From Vicugna vicugna (lineage: Eukaryota): a DNA stretch of 64,000 nt. The notes under the pieces are model-generated. The model was not told where the DNA came from, searched no databases, and worked only from the letters and a program-made list of their open reading frames with translations. The number at the start of each line of letters is the position of its first letter. Positions within the stretch are counted from its first letter, which is position 1. Where the stretch lies: positions 984,678 to 1,048,677 of the forward strand of contig MU058531.1 of NCBI GenBank assembly GCA_013265495.1, read 5' to 3'. Both the position numbers and the translations under genes were made by a program. Shown here one piece after another: positions 14,319-26,955 of this stretch.

Positions 14319-15221
14319 ATGAGCAAGATGAAGAAGCAGAGAAACCTTTCCCAATTAAAAGAACAAGAGGAATCCCCTGAAAGAAAGATCAATGAAATAG
14401 ACATCGATAGCCTACTAGATCAAGATTTCAAAAAAGGAGTGATCAAATTGCTGAAGGAATTAAAAGAGATAGTGCTTAGAGAAATAAAATATGTCAAAAA
14501 TGAAATTGAAGCTATAAAGAAGAGCCAAGCAGAATGGGTAAACTCATTGACAGAGATGAGGAATGATCTAATAGCTGTGCAAAGCCGACTAGTTAATGCA
14601 GAGGAACGAATTAGTGATCTAGAAGACAGGGCAATAGAAAGCACCCATTCAGAAGAACTACAAGATAAGCAAATAAAAAATAATGATAATAGCATAAGGG
14701 ACCTATGGGATAATATAAAGCGTCCCAATCTTCGCATAATAGGGGTCCCAGAAGGGGAAGAAGGATCAAAGGGGATTGAAAAGGTTTTTGAAGAAATCAT
14801 GACTGAAAACTTCCCAAACTTAAAGAAGGAATCAGATATCCAAGTACAGGAAGCTCAGAGGGTCCCAAACAGGAAGAATCCAAATAGACCCACACCAAGA
14901 CATATCATAATCAAGATGGCCAGAGTCAAGGATAAAGAAATGATTCTAAAGGCAGCAAGAGAAAAGCAAAGAGTGAATTACAAGGGAACCCCCATAAGGC
15001 TCTCAGCTGATTTCTCTACACAAACACTACAGGCCAGAAGGGAGTGGCAAGATATATTCAAAGCCCTGAATGAAAAAAAGATGCAGCCTAGGATACTTTA
15101 TCCAGCAAGGCTATCCTTTAGGATAGAAGGAGAAATAAAGAGTTTCACAGACAAAAAAAAGCTGCAGGAGTTTAGCAACACTAAACCCATGCTAAAAGAA
15201 ATATTGAAAGGGCTATTCTAA
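14319..15221 (+). CDS. L1 ORF1p (300 aa; coiled coil, RRM, CTD)
   Basis: Uninterrupted ORF with L1 ORF1p motifs LWDNIKRPNLRIIGVPEGEE, ENFPNL, TPRHII, REKQ, ARREW, YPARLS. Confidence 0.96.
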   Translation: MSKMKKQRNLSQLKEQEESPERKINEIDIDSLLDQDFKKGVIKLLKELKEIVLREIKYVKNEIEAIKKSQAEWVNSLTEMRNDLIAVQSRLVNAEERISDLEDRAIESTHSEELQDKQIKNNDNSIRDLWDNIKRPNLRIIGVPEGEEGSKGIEKVFEEIMTENFPNLKKESDIQVQEAQRVPNRKNPNRPTPRHIIIKMARVKDKEMILKAAREKQRVNYKGTPIRLSADFSTQTLQARREWQDIFKALNEKKMQPRILYPARLSFRIEGEIKSFTDKKKLQEFSNTKPMLKEILKGLF

Positions 15222-15618
15222 ATAGAAAAGCAGCAGGATGCTACAGAAATGAGAAACGTACAACTGGAAAGGTGATAACTCATGAATTACAAATAAAGAA
15301 AACACGAAATTATAAAAGAAGACATACAAATCACTGAGAGTGGGAGAGGGAGGCAGGGAAATATAGAATTTTTTTTCTTTCTTTTTTAAATTTTTTTAAC
15401 AGTAGGATGGGTTTGAGATCATGTTATTATCAGTTTATTAAAAACGGGTATAGGTTAATAGATTTACAAAAAAGGGTAACCACAAGTCAAAAATTTACAA
15501 GGGAGTCACAAAAATTAAATAAAATCCATGATAATACAAAGGAAAATTACCAAACCACAAAAGGAAGAAGAAAGGAACAAAGAGGATATACCAATTCAAC
15601 TGCAAAGATAAGTTCAAA

Positions 15619-18600
15619 ATGGCAATAAACACACATCTATCATTAATTACTGTAAATGTTAATGGACTAAATGCTCCAGTCAAAAGACATAGAGTGGCAG
15701 ACTGGATAATAAAGCAAGAACCTTCAATATGCTGCATACAAGAGACCCACTTTAGGGAGAAGGACACATATAGATTGAGAGTGAAAGGATGGAAAAGGAT
15801 ATTCCATGCAAATGGAAAAGCCAAAAAAGCAGGTGTTGCAGTACTGATTTCAGACAAAATAGACTTTAAAACAAAGGCCATAAAGAAAGATAAAGAAGGA
15901 CATTTTATAATGATTAAAGGAGTGATACAAGATGAAGATATTACACTCGTTAATATATATGCACCCAATATAGGAGCACCTAAGTACATACAAGAATTAC
16001 TAACAGAGATAAAGGGGGATATTGATGGGAATACAATCATAGTTGGAGATTTTAACACTGCATTAACATCACTAGACAGATCTTCCAGACAGAAAATAAA
16101 CAAGGCAACAGAGAAATTAAATACTACAATAGAAAAACTAGATTTGGTGGATATTTTCAGAGCTTTACACCCCCAAAAAATAGAATATACATTCTTTTCA
16201 AGTGCACATGGAACATTTTCCAGGATCGATCATGTACTTGGACACAAAAGAAACCTCAACAAATTTAAGAAGATAGAAATTATCTCAAGCATCTTTACTG
16301 ACCACAATGCCATGAAACTGGAAATCAACAACAGAGAAACAAAGGAGAAAAAAAGAAAAGCATGGAGATTAAACAATATGTTATTGAAAAAACAATGGAT
16401 CAATGAGGAAATCAAAGCTGAAATTAAAAAATACCTTGAGACAAATGATAATGAAAGCACAACCACTCAAAACCTATGGGACACAGCAAAGGCAGTGCTA
16501 AGAGGGAAGTTTATAGCGATACAGGCCTTCCTCAAAAAAGAAGAACAATCTCAAATAAACAAGTTAACCCACCACCTGAATCAATTAGAAAAAGAAGAAC
16601 AAAAAGCCCCAAAAAGCAGCAGAAGGAAGGAAATAATAAAGATCAGAGAGGAATTAAATACAATAGAGATTAACAAGACCATAGAAAAAATCAACCAAAC
16701 CAAAAGCTGGTTTTTTGAAAAAGTAAATAAAATCGACAAACCTCTGGCCAAACTCACAAAGAAGAAAAAAGAGAGAGCACAAATTAGCAAAATAAGAAAG
16801 GAAAATGGAGAAATTACAACAAACAAAATAGAAATACAGAATATCATACGAGAATATTATGAAAAACTATATGGAACCAAACTGGATAACCTAGAGGAGA
16901 TGGACAAGTTTCTGGAAACATACTGTCCACCAAAACTGAATCAAGAAGAAACTGAACACTTGAACAATCCGATCACTAGAAAGGAAATAGAAATAGCAAT
17001 TAAAAACCTCCCTACAAATAAAAGTCCAGGACCGGATGGCTTCACCGGGGAATTCTACCAAACATACAAAGAAGAACTCATACCAGTCCTTCTCAAACTC
17101 TTCCAGACGATTGAAAAGGAGGGAATACTCCCAAACTCATTCTATGAAGCCACCATCACCCTGATACCAAAACCAGGCAAAGACACTACAAAAAAAGAGA
17201 ATTATAGGCCAATATCACTGATGAACATAGACGCCAAAATCCTCACCAAAATTTTAGCAAATAGAATCCAACAACACATAAAAAAGATTATACATCATGA
17301 CCAAGTGGGGTTCATCCCAGGGACACAAGGCTGGTTCAACATACGCAAATCAATCAATGTAATACATCACATCAACAAGAGAAAGGACAAAAACCACATG
17401 ATCATCTCAATCGATGCAGAAAAAGCATTTGATAAAATTCAACACCCATTTATGATAAAAACTCTCGCCAAAGTGGGTATAGAGGGAACATATCTCAACA
17501 TAATAAAAGCTATATATGACAAACCTACAGCCAGCATAGTTCTCAACGGTGAAAAACTCAAAAGCTTCCCACTAAAATCTGGGACAAGACAAGGATGCCC
17601 ACTATCACCACTCCTATTCAACATAGTCCTGGAAGTCCTAGCCACAGCAATCAGGCAAGAGAAAGAAATAAAAGGGATCCAAATTGGAAAAGAAGAGGTA
17701 AAAGTGTCATTATATGCTGACGACATGTTACTATATATAGAAAACCCTAAAAGGTCCACAAAAAAGCTACTAGAGCTGATCGAAGAATTCAGCAAGGTAG
17801 CAGGTTACAAAATTAATGTTCAAAAATCAGTTGCCTTTCTTTACACTAACGATAAATCAACAGAAAAAGAAAGTAAAGAAACAATCCCCTTTAAAATAGC
17901 ACCCAAAGTAATAAAATATCTGGGAATAAATCTAACCAAGGAGGTGAAAGAATTATACACAGAAAACTATAAACCATTGATGAAGGAAATTAAAGAAGAC
18001 TTTAAAAAATGGAAAGATATTCCATGCTCTTGGATTGGAAGAATCAATATTGTTAAAATGGTCACACTGCCCAAGGCAATCTACAGATTTAATGCAATCC
18101 CTATCCAATTACCCAGGACATATTTCACAGAACTAGAACAAATCATAATAAAATTTATATGGAACCATCAAAGACCTAGAATTGCTAAAGCATTACTGAA
18201 GAGAAAGAAAGAGGCTGGAGGAATAACTCTCCCAGACTTCAGACAATACTATAGAGCTACAGTCATCAAGACAGCATGGTATTGGTACCAAAACAGACAT
18301 ATAGACCAATGGAACAGAATAGAGAGCCCAGAAATGAACCCACAAACTTTTGGTCAACTCATCTTCGACAAAGGAGGCAAGAATATACAATGGAATAAAG
18401 ACAGTCTCTTCAGCAAATGGTGTTGGGAAAACTGGACAGCAGCATGTAAAACAATGAAGCTAGAACACACCCTTACACCATATACAAAAATCAACTCAAA
18501 ATGGATTAAAGACTTAAACATAAGACAAGATACAATAAACCTCCTAGAGGAAAACATAGGCAAAACATTATCTGACATACATTTCAAAAATTTTCTCCTA

Positions 18601-19416
18601 GAAGAAATAAAAGCAAGAATAAACAAATGGGACCTAATGAAACTTACAAGCTTCTGCAGAGCAAAGGAAACCAGAAATAAAACAAGAAGAAAACCTACGG
18701 AATGGGAGAAAATTTTTGCAAGTGAAACCGACAAAGGCTTGATCTCCAAAATATATAAGCAGCTCATACGACTCAATAAGAAAAAAATAAACAACCCAAT
18801 CCAAAAATGGGCAGAAGACCTAAACAAGCAATTCTCCAAGGAAGACATACAAATGATCAAAAAGCACATGAAAAAATGTTCAATATCACTAATTATCAGA
18901 GAAATGCAAATCAAAACTACAATGAGGTATCACCTCACACCAGTCAGAATGGCCGTCATTCAAAAATCCAAAAATGACAAATGCTGGAGAGGCTGTGGAG
19001 AAAGGGGAACCCTCCTACACTGCTGGTGGGAATGCAGTTTGGTGCAGCCACTATGGAAAACAGTGTGGAGATTCCTCAAAAGACTAGGAATAGACTTACC
19101 ATATGACCCAGGAATCCCACTCCTGGGCTTGTACCCAGAAGGAAATCTACTTCAGGATGACACCTGCACCCCAATGTTCATAGCAGCACTATTTACAATA
19201 GCCAAAACATGGAAACAGCCTAAATGTCCATCAACAGGTGACTGGATAAAGAAGATGTGGTATATTTATACAATGGAATACTACTCAGCCATAAAAACCG
19301 ACAACATAATGCCATTTGCAGCAACATGGATGCTCCTAGAGAATGTCATTCTAAGTGAAGTAAGCCAGAAAGAGAAAGAAAAATACCATATGAGATCGCT
19401 CATATGTGGAATCTAA
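15619..19416 (+). CDS. L1 ORF2p (1265 aa; APE endonuclease, reverse transcriptase, Cys-rich C-terminus)
   Basis: Uninterrupted ORF. EN motifs NVNGLN, CIQETH, GDFN, RIDH, TDH; RT motifs QGCPLSP, YADD, YLG; CCHC-type [18 protein letters not shown]. Confidence 0.98.
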   Translation: MAINTHLSLITVNVNGLNAPVKRHRVADWIIKQEPSICCIQETHFREKDTYRLRVKGWKRIFHANGKAKKAGVAVLISDKIDFKTKAIKKDKEGHFIMIKGVIQDEDITLVNIYAPNIGAPKYIQELLTEIKGDIDGNTIIVGDFNTALTSLDRSSRQKINKATEKLNTTIEKLDLVDIFRALHPQKIEYTFFSSAHGTFSRIDHVLGHKRNLNKFKKIEIISSIFTDHNAMKLEINNRETKEKKRKAWRLNNMLLKKQWINEEIKAEIKKYLETNDNESTTTQNLWDTAKAVLRGKFIAIQAFLKKEEQSQINKLTHHLNQLEKEEQKAPKSSRRKEIIKIREELNTIEINKTIEKINQTKSWFFEKVNKIDKPLAKLTKKKKERAQISKIRKENGEITTNKIEIQNIIREYYEKLYGTKLDNLEEMDKFLETYCPPKLNQEETEHLNNPITRKEIEIAIKNLPTNKSPGPDGFTGEFYQTYKEELIPVLLKLFQTIEKEGILPNSFYEATITLIPKPGKDTTKKENYRPISLMNIDAKILTKILANRIQQHIKKIIHHDQVGFIPGTQGWFNIRKSINVIHHINKRKDKNHMIISIDAEKAFDKIQHPFMIKTLAKVGIEGTYLNIIKAIYDKPTASIVLNGEKLKSFPLKSGTRQGCPLSPLLFNIVLEVLATAIRQEKEIKGIQIGKEEVKVSLYADDMLLYIENPKRSTKKLLELIEEFSKVAGYKINVQKSVAFLYTNDKSTEKESKETIPFKIAPKVIKYLGINLTKEVKELYTENYKPLMKEIKEDFKKWKDIPCSWIGRINIVKMVTLPKAIYRFNAIPIQLPRTYFTELEQIIIKFIWNHQRPRIAKALLKRKKEAGGITLPDFRQYYRATVIKTAWYWYQNRHIDQWNRIESPEMNPQTFGQLIFDKGGKNIQWNKDSLFSKWCWENWTAACKTMKLEHTLTPYTKINSKWIKDLNIRQDTINLLEENIGKTLSDIHFKNFLLEEIKARINKWDLMKLTSFCRAKETRNKTRRKPTEWEKIFASETDKGLISKIYKQLIRLNKKKINNPIQKWAEDLNKQFSKEDIQMIKKHMKKCSISLIIREMQIKTTMRYHLTPVRMAVIQKSKNDKCWRGCGERGTLLHCWWECSLVQPLWKTVWRFLKRLGIDLPYDPGIPLLGLYPEGNLLQDDTCTPMFIAALFTIAKTWKQPKCPSTGDWIKKMWYIYTMEYYSAIKTDNIMPFAATWMLLENVILSEVSQKEKEKYHMRSLICGI

Positions 19417-20344
19417 AAAACAAAAACAAACAAACAAACAAAAACAAAGCATAAATACAGGACAGAAATAGACTCATGGACAGAGAATACAGACTTGTGG
19501 TTACCAGGGGGGTAGAGGGTGGGAAGGGATAGACTGGGATTTCAAAATTGTAGAATAGATAAACAAGATTACACTGTATAGCACAGGGAAATATACACAA
19601 AATGTTATGATAAATCACAGAGAAAAAAATGTGACAATGAGTGTGTATATGTCCATGAATGACTGAAAAATTGTGCTGAACACTGGAATTTGACACAACA
19701 TTGTAAAATGATTATAAATCAATAAAAAATGTTAAAAAATAAAATAAAATCCAAATAAAACAAAAATCAATCATCATGTAATGCCATTTGAAAAATATAA
19801 TTTAGAAAAAGGAAATTTGGATTCCATCAAAAGACCTTATTTTGGCCAGTGTCTTTTATGACTATATAATCCTATTTTTAAAAAAACTAGGGGGGAACTT
19901 TACTATTATCTATAGATACACAAGGATATGATAAGGATGGGGAAAAGACCACAACTGTAAAAAAGAATGTGAAAATACAAAATTTCAAAAGGATAGCAAA
20001 CAACAGGTTTTGGTTACCTAGCTGGGGAGTTGGGAAGAAATAAGAGGCTGTTGGTGATACAGAAGCCAAGACTGAAAGACGTCACAGTCGAGCTGCCCAC
20101 ACTCATCTGGATCGTGCACATTTCTGGAGTGCGTTCTTGGTCCCTGGCACTGGGATAGACGCTAGGTGAGCAAATCCTATGAGTCCTCCAACACTGCTTC
20201 TGCTCTTGGAGTTTCCAAGGTCCACTGGGGGGGCAGACTCATAAATTACCATCCAGAGAACATGACAGACATGGTGCTATCACAAACAAATTGATACGGG
20301 AACATAAATTCAGGGGGAGAGGAGGGTCAAACCACTAAAGGCTT

Positions 20345-20824
20345 GCTATTGATTAGCTTTGGCTGTGTAATGAACTCCTCTAAAACCTTGTAGTTCAAAC
20401 ACCAGCCATTTACTCAGCTCACTATTTGGGGGTCAGTAGGACTGTTCTGGGCCAGGCAAGTTCAGTCCATCTCAACTGGGTTTTCCTATGTCTGTGGTCT
20501 GGTATAGATCCACTGGTGCCTGAGTCATGTGTGATAATCTCATTCCCCTGACTGGTAACTGGCAGCCTGGGAAATAAGAGGTCTAAGCCATGGGGCTTTC
20601 ATCATGCAGGGTGGGCTTCTTGACATGGTAGCAGTCACAGAGTTCCCCAAAGCAGCAATAGAAGGCAATTCCAAGTCTCTGCTTGCATCGTGTTTGCTAA
20701 AGTCCTCTTAGCCAAAGCAAATTATAAGGTCAAGCCAAGAGTCGACGCAGGAAAGGCTGTAAAGTCACACATTAAAGGCATATAGAAATGGGATGAATTG
20801 GGGGCCATGTTTGTAATCTAGCAC
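20345..20824 (-). mobile_element. MLT1 (MaLR) solo LTR
   Basis: ttagctttggctgtgtaatgaactcctctaaaacc...ccatttactcagctcac...ggggccatgtttgtaatctagcaca. Confidence 0.7.
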
Positions 20825-22144
20825 AAGGTCACACACAAGTGATACCTGAGGGGAATGTCACAGTCTCCTAGGAATTTACCAGGGTAGGAGCTATACCCAG
20901 GAAGAAGAGTCAACACAGGGACCACCGTGGAAATGGAAAAAGGTCCCTGACTCACCAAAGATGTAGCAATGAGAGGTTCTGAGGCAAGGTTAGATTTCAT
21001 CACCTGATTTCCCATTCTGTGCAAGCATATATGAAACAGTTGTGGCTGTAGTGGATCCCAACATACCATTTCCAGTGTTTATTCTTGCCCCTGGGACTTG
21101 GAAGCTAACCCAATAAGGCTGCTCGGGGCAGTCACATAATATGCTCTGCAGGTAAAATCCTCATTATGCTGACCATCCTTAAGGGAGACCTTAATAACAG
21201 AACATCCTGGAAGTGAAACCCACAGCATCTTTATAAGTCATGAGAAGCAGAACTGTGCCTTCAAAGACAGCAAAAAGGCTCCTGGCAGCTCTGATGAGGT
21301 CCCCACTCGGGTGACTAAGGAACCGAGGCCCACCAAAGCAGAACATACCATAAACAGTGTGGCTTCCATGTCCTTCTTTCATTTTCCCTACCTGTTTCAT
21401 ACTCGAGACATAAATAAAGTCAGTTGTTGCTGGCTTCATTCATTTGTGCATTCATTCATTCACTTATCCAGCAAATATTTATTCAGACCTTCTGCCTGCC
21501 AATAAAAGCTGGGAGCACAGAGAGATGAATAAGATGTCTCTGTCCCCATGAACCTCAATTTGGTGTGTGGGGGATACAGAAATATAAACAATTACATTTT
21601 TGCACGATGATAATAGAGAAGGAAGCTCAGAGTTGTAAGGGAGGGGCTGCAAGGGGCCCCTAACCCAGACCAAGGTGCCAGGGAGAGCCTCCTGGAGACC
21701 ACGACATCTTAGCTGCATTGTAAAGAATGCTTGGGAAATAGGCAGAAAAGAGGGGGGCATTCCAGGCAGGGGAAACAGAACGTACTGGGACATGGAAACA
21801 AAGGAGGATGGGGTATAGTCAGGAAAACGAAAGTGACACAGGAAGTACACAGAGAATGGGACCGAGGAGAAGGCTAGGGTGTTATCTGAGGAGCAATGAC
21901 GTATCACAAACCCTCCCCCTCTCATTATCTAAAACCTTATGTAAGATACCAATTATTTATCCTTCCTGACTGACCCACTGAGCACACCTCAGCATGAATG
22001 AATTCAAGTCCCTGACATGCTTCAAGTAGCATCTGAATTAAATCCTGGAATTGATTTTGGGCCCCTATTTCTGGCATCAAGGGACAGGGATTCCCTGGTT
22101 TGGGGGCAGGCTGGCATTCCCTGAAGCCTCATCATGATCTCGTA

Positions 22145-22325
22145 TAATAAAATAAACAACAAGGACCTACTGTCTAGCTCAGGGACTATTCAGCATCTTG
22201 TAATAACCTGTAATGGAAAAAATCTGGAAAAGAATAGACATATATATGTATAATTGAATCACTTTGCTGTACACATGAAACTAACGCAACATTGTAAATC
22301 GATTCTACTTCAATTAAAAAAAAAG
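22145..22325 (+). mobile_element. Short L1 3'UTR fragment
   Basis: ataaacaacaaggacctactgt...gaaactaacgcaacattgtaaatc plus A tail. Similar fragments at ~7245-7385 (+) and ~27300-27570 (-, with an (AT)n run). Confidence 0.8.
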
Positions 22326-25269
22326 ACCCCATATAGACTTTTCTTAAAGGCAAACCTGATTACTTTTTCCTTTTAGAATGAAAGAAGAAAGAAGAGTCAG
22401 AAAGGACATCCACAAGCCTTCCACATTCAAACAATTCTCCAGTTCCAGAGAGCTACCCTGACTGTCTGGTAGAACTCAAATCCCTGGCACAGCTATTACT
22501 AATATTAATAATAGTAATAATAACAACACTCTCAGAGAATGGGTGTTTTAGAGGAGTCAGACCATGGGCTAAACTCGTGTATATTTCTATTATGAGGAAT
22601 GAGGTTTAGAAACAAGGTATAGTGATTAAGAATGGTCACTGTTAGGAGTCACAGAAACAGAATCTGTATCCTGTCCTCTGCCTTCTGTCTCAACAGAGAC
22701 TTCTGTGCCCTTCCCCAGTCCTATGGGAATGAATTCTGGTCTAAACAGCCCCAATCCCTGACTTTTCCTAACCCAAGCTCCCCTACTCTACTCCCAAGTT
22801 TGGCAGACTCATTTATGCATTCAGGAATATTTCTGTACTCCCACTAGTGTCCGTGAGCCTGCAGAAGATGAATCAGACATGGTCTCAAGCCACAGGTGTT
22901 TCTGCTCGAACTGGACAGTCATTCATCCATTGATCCATTCATTCAACTAATATGATCAAGCACCTACTGTATGCCAGGAACTCTAAATGCTAGGAAGTAG
23001 AAGTGAAAATGAAGCCCATGTTCTTGGCCATTCTAATGGAACTTAAGACATGGACATAAATAGTCACCCTTAGGGTACAATGTAGCAGAGAGAGGGTTGG
23101 AATGTAGGTTAGTCCTGCCAATGTGACTTTAAGACATATCTTGAAACCCTCCACTTCTCTCCATCTTCACTACTGTCAGTCATTTTTTATCTTAACCACT
23201 GCAGAATCCTTCCCAATGGTATCCCAGCTTCCAGTCTCACTCCTCTCCATTTCATTCTCCACAAAGTAATCACAAGGAACTATTAAAATTATAAATCAGA
23301 GCATATTACCCTAGACTTCAAACTCTCCAATGGCTCCACTGCATTTAGAATAAAATCCAAACTCTTTATCTATCCCAAACCTCAATATGACACGTGACCA
23401 TTGCTCCACTCTCATCTCCTTCCAGGCTTTCCTTTGATTTCTCTACTCCAGTCACACTGGTGTGGGGCCTTTGTACCAGCTGCTGCCTCTGCCTCCTGAT
23501 CTTCACACAGCCAGCTCCATCATGTTATTTACATCTTGATGTACATGCAGCCTCCTCAGAAAGGCCTTCCGTGACCACCCACTCTAACACATCGCTCTAT
23601 TTCCACGCTCCACATGGCACATATTCCTAATGAATCAGTGTGCTTGTGTGGCTTTTTAAAAATTTATCTGTTCCTTGCCTATTTATTCTTACTAGAATAT
23701 AAGATTCAAGAGAGCTAAGGCCTTTCCTGCTTTGTTTAGGATCTAAAAGAGTCACCAATGAAGACTAAATAATCAATGAACATTGAAGAAGGGAAGAGAT
23801 GAATCCCCTAGGACTCTCAGCATTAGAAAAGGCAATTTTTACATGTTCAGAAATGGCTAATAAAGGACTGTCACCTTTGTGACCCAGAAAGAAAACCAGA
23901 GTGGTAGTAGCCGGCAGTATTCAGAAAACCATCAAATATGAATCCGTGAGGCAATCTATTTACCAAAACAGATGAATCTGCAAAGAGTTCTCTTGAGAGT
24001 ACCACAGACTTTTTCAAATCGAACATACAGAGCATACATTTCCCAAAATACAATTCTGAATGGTTCAGGCAGCTGGGCCAGACTGATTAAAGACGGATGG
24101 AAGCACGCCACTTACGTCTCCCCGTGTTTAACTCTAAATATTGAGAGCCCCCTTCAGGTGGATGGTTCTGCCTGATGTTCTGGATGAAAGAACTATTTGG
24201 AAGGAATCCAGCTGCTTCTGTTTGAAAGAGTGGGAAATATTATCAGAATGCCCAGAGATACAGAGTTTGAATCAGAGGCCAGGGTGAAAGTGAGAATACA
24301 AACTGGCTAAATGGACAAAAATAAAGCTCCCCAAATGGATGCACTCGAGATGTTCTCCCAGATGCCCACAGCTGCTCAGCCCCAGGGGCTGGCATCCTGG
24401 ACCTGAACACACAACCTCAGGAGAGGGAGCCCTTAGGTCTGACCCGGCATTTGTCATTTTGCAGCAGCCCTTAGCAAGAATTCTTCGGGCAGGGAAGGCT
24501 GTTCAAAAACAGACCACAGAGTATCGGGGGTTTTATTGACAGAAGTGCTCAAACAACCCAGTTGTTTGCAACCAGAAGCTAAATGACTCATAAACTCCTT
24601 CGAGAAAGGTCATATCACACAGGGATTGACTGCAAAGCAATAAATACAACCTAACTTTTTAAAGATCCAGATTTTCTGATATGTGAATAAAATCACCGTA
24701 ATTGATGCTCAACTAGCTAAACTCTTGACGATGAGGCTGTGTCGTTCGTTATCCACCTCTGTATCCCCACAGTTCTCAAACTTCCAGCAGGCAAATAACA
24801 AGGCTTTGCTTATTAAGTAAACCTCACCTCTGCCATCTCCTCTAGCTTGCTCCTCGCCCATGCATCCTCCCTCTCCCTCTCCCCTCCCCTTACTCTCTTC
24901 ATCCATCTCTCTCTTTACACACACACACACACACACAAACACACACACCTGGCCCCTCTGAAGAGGTGGACCTTGATATTCTACAGTGACCTCACCTTAA
25001 CAGTAACCCAAAAGCTAATAGATGGACTGGAGTGGAGGGTACCCTAGAGTAACAGTAGAGAAAAATGTACCGAAACACATCTGGCCCCAAAGATATTAGA
25101 TAAGAGACTATGGACTTATACCAATATAATAGTATGATATCAACATCATCACTGCCCTCTCTAGAAGGCAGGAGAGAGCACCTATGACTTGACATGGTTT
25201 ATACATGACATTCACAAAGCCAACACCCCTCTGAGCCTCAAAAGAGTTGGAATCAGATCTTCCCCCAGC

Positions 25270-25480
25270 CAAATGGGATTCCACTGTTTTCCTCCTGTGT
25301 GCTCTTGGGCAAATAGTTTAACCACTCTCACCCTCCCTTTCCTCATCCCACAAGGCTGGCGGGGATGAAAGTACCCACAGAGGGGTCGTGGGGATTCAGC
25401 GAGATGAATCACATACACAGCCCTTGGCACTGGGCCTGGCACACACATAGTACACACTCGATAAATGATGTTGCGACTGT
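25270..25480 (+). mobile_element. MIR SINE (other MIRs at ~12110-12340 and ~50290-50490)
   Basis: tgtgtgctcttgggcaaatagtttaaccactctc...tttcctcatc...gggcctggcacacacatagtacacactcgataaatg. Confidence 0.7.
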
Positions 25481-26639
25481 CAGTTATTGCACTCCCCTAC
25501 ATGGGTCTCACCTTCGAGCCTGACAGCTATGGGTTTCCTTCTGTGATGACTGAGCTTGGCTGAAACATGTTTTATTCATTGAAAGAAAAAGGTTCTGGGA
25601 TTTTCATTTAATTTTGCCTGCCTTTTCACCCAGCTTCATGGCACAGCAATGATGATAATCAAGAGCCGATTCCTGGCTGTAAGCTGCTAAATCTTTCTCA
25701 TCATTAGGGCTTTGTTTATGTCAGTGTTCTGCATATGCATGGAAAGCAGAAAGTGACTCACCAGCCTACTGTGCCTTGATGGGACAATCCCCTGGGACCA
25801 CCCCATTGCCGTCATGCTGCTGCTGTTTCATCAATATCCTAACCCTAATTTGGTTTCCCAAGGAAATTTCTGTGCTGTCACCAAAAGGAATATTTCATAA
25901 GAAGCTTGAGAGTAAGAAGTCAAGGCCAGACATTTGGGAATCAGAGGCACCTACCTTCCTTCCCTTCCTCCCTCCCTCCCTTCTTTCCTCAGTCAAGCCA
26001 CAAAGATTAACTGAACACCTACTGTGTGCCAAGTACTATGCTGGGGGCTGGGGATGCAGTCTCCAACAAGAGAGACCCTGGTCCCGCCATGTGTAATGTA
26101 CGGATGATCCCACAAATCATGAATTCATTACAGTTAATTTCACAAACCATTAATTACAAGTTGAGGTGAATGCAAGGAAGAAAAAAGTACATGGAGTTAT
26201 AAGACTGTCTAAGATCATCTTGGGATTCTCAGAATGCTTCCATGAGACAACATCTAGGCAAGGACCTGACAAGTGATAAGAATTAACCAGCCCAAGAGGC
26301 AGAATAGTGTGTCAGGGGTAGGGGGTAGAGGGAAATAAAAAGACTTGTGAAGTCCCTGAATATCAAAATGCCAAGGAACTGAAATAAGCTCAAAGGTGCC
26401 ACATTAGGAAAATATGTTTTAATGTACTTGAACCTTGGAAGTTTTTATTTAAAAAAATTTCCTCTTTTTCCCTTCTAGAATAAAACATTTTTATTTCTTA
26501 AAAAACAAAAACAAAAACAAAAACCAAAGCTCAGAAGTGCCAGAATATGGGGGGCAGGAGGCGGGGAAGAGAGATGATATATAAGATAGAGAATTGAATT
26601 GAATTGAACCAGATCTTGGGCAGAAGTCAGAATCTCAGG

Positions 26640-26955
26640 CAATGTTAAATCTGGTCCCCACCTGTTTTTGTACAGCCCCCACTCCCACCAGCTAAGAATT
26701 GTTTTCATATTTTAAAACGGTTGAAAAAATTACAAATACTATTTAATGACCTGTGAGAATCATATGAGATTCAAATTACAGTATCCATAAAGTTTTATTG
26801 GAACACAGCCATGCCCACACACTTACATATTGTCTACAGCTGCTTTCGCGCTACAAAGGCAGCGGCTGAGTAGTTGCAACAGCGACCATATGGCACACAA
26901 GCCCAAAATATTTACTATCCAGCCCTTTACAGAAAACACTTGCCAACTCCTGATC
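26640..26955. mobile_element. MER58B-like hAT-Charlie element
   Basis: cctgtttttgtacagccc...aaagttttattggaacacagccatgcc...aaaatatttactatccagccctttacagaaaa...gccaactcctg. Confidence 0.8.

Larger units (their letters stand above)
12605..19740 (+). mobile_element. Full-length LINE-1 (7136 bp) with intact ORF1 and ORF2, in HTR7 intron 1, antisense to the gene
   Basis: Starts GGGAGACGGAGAAGATGGC; ~1.7-kb CpG-rich 5'UTR; ORF1; 397-nt spacer; ORF2; 3'UTR with AATAAA at 19721-19726. Flanked by direct repeat AAAATAAAATCCA at 12592-12604 and 19741-19753. Confidence 0.97.

Noticed and set aside
14420..18914. Minus-strand ORFs (126, 202, 118 and 186 aa) inside the L1
   Set aside because: Typical antisense shadows of A-rich L1 coding sequence, with hydrophobic F/L/S/I-rich translations.
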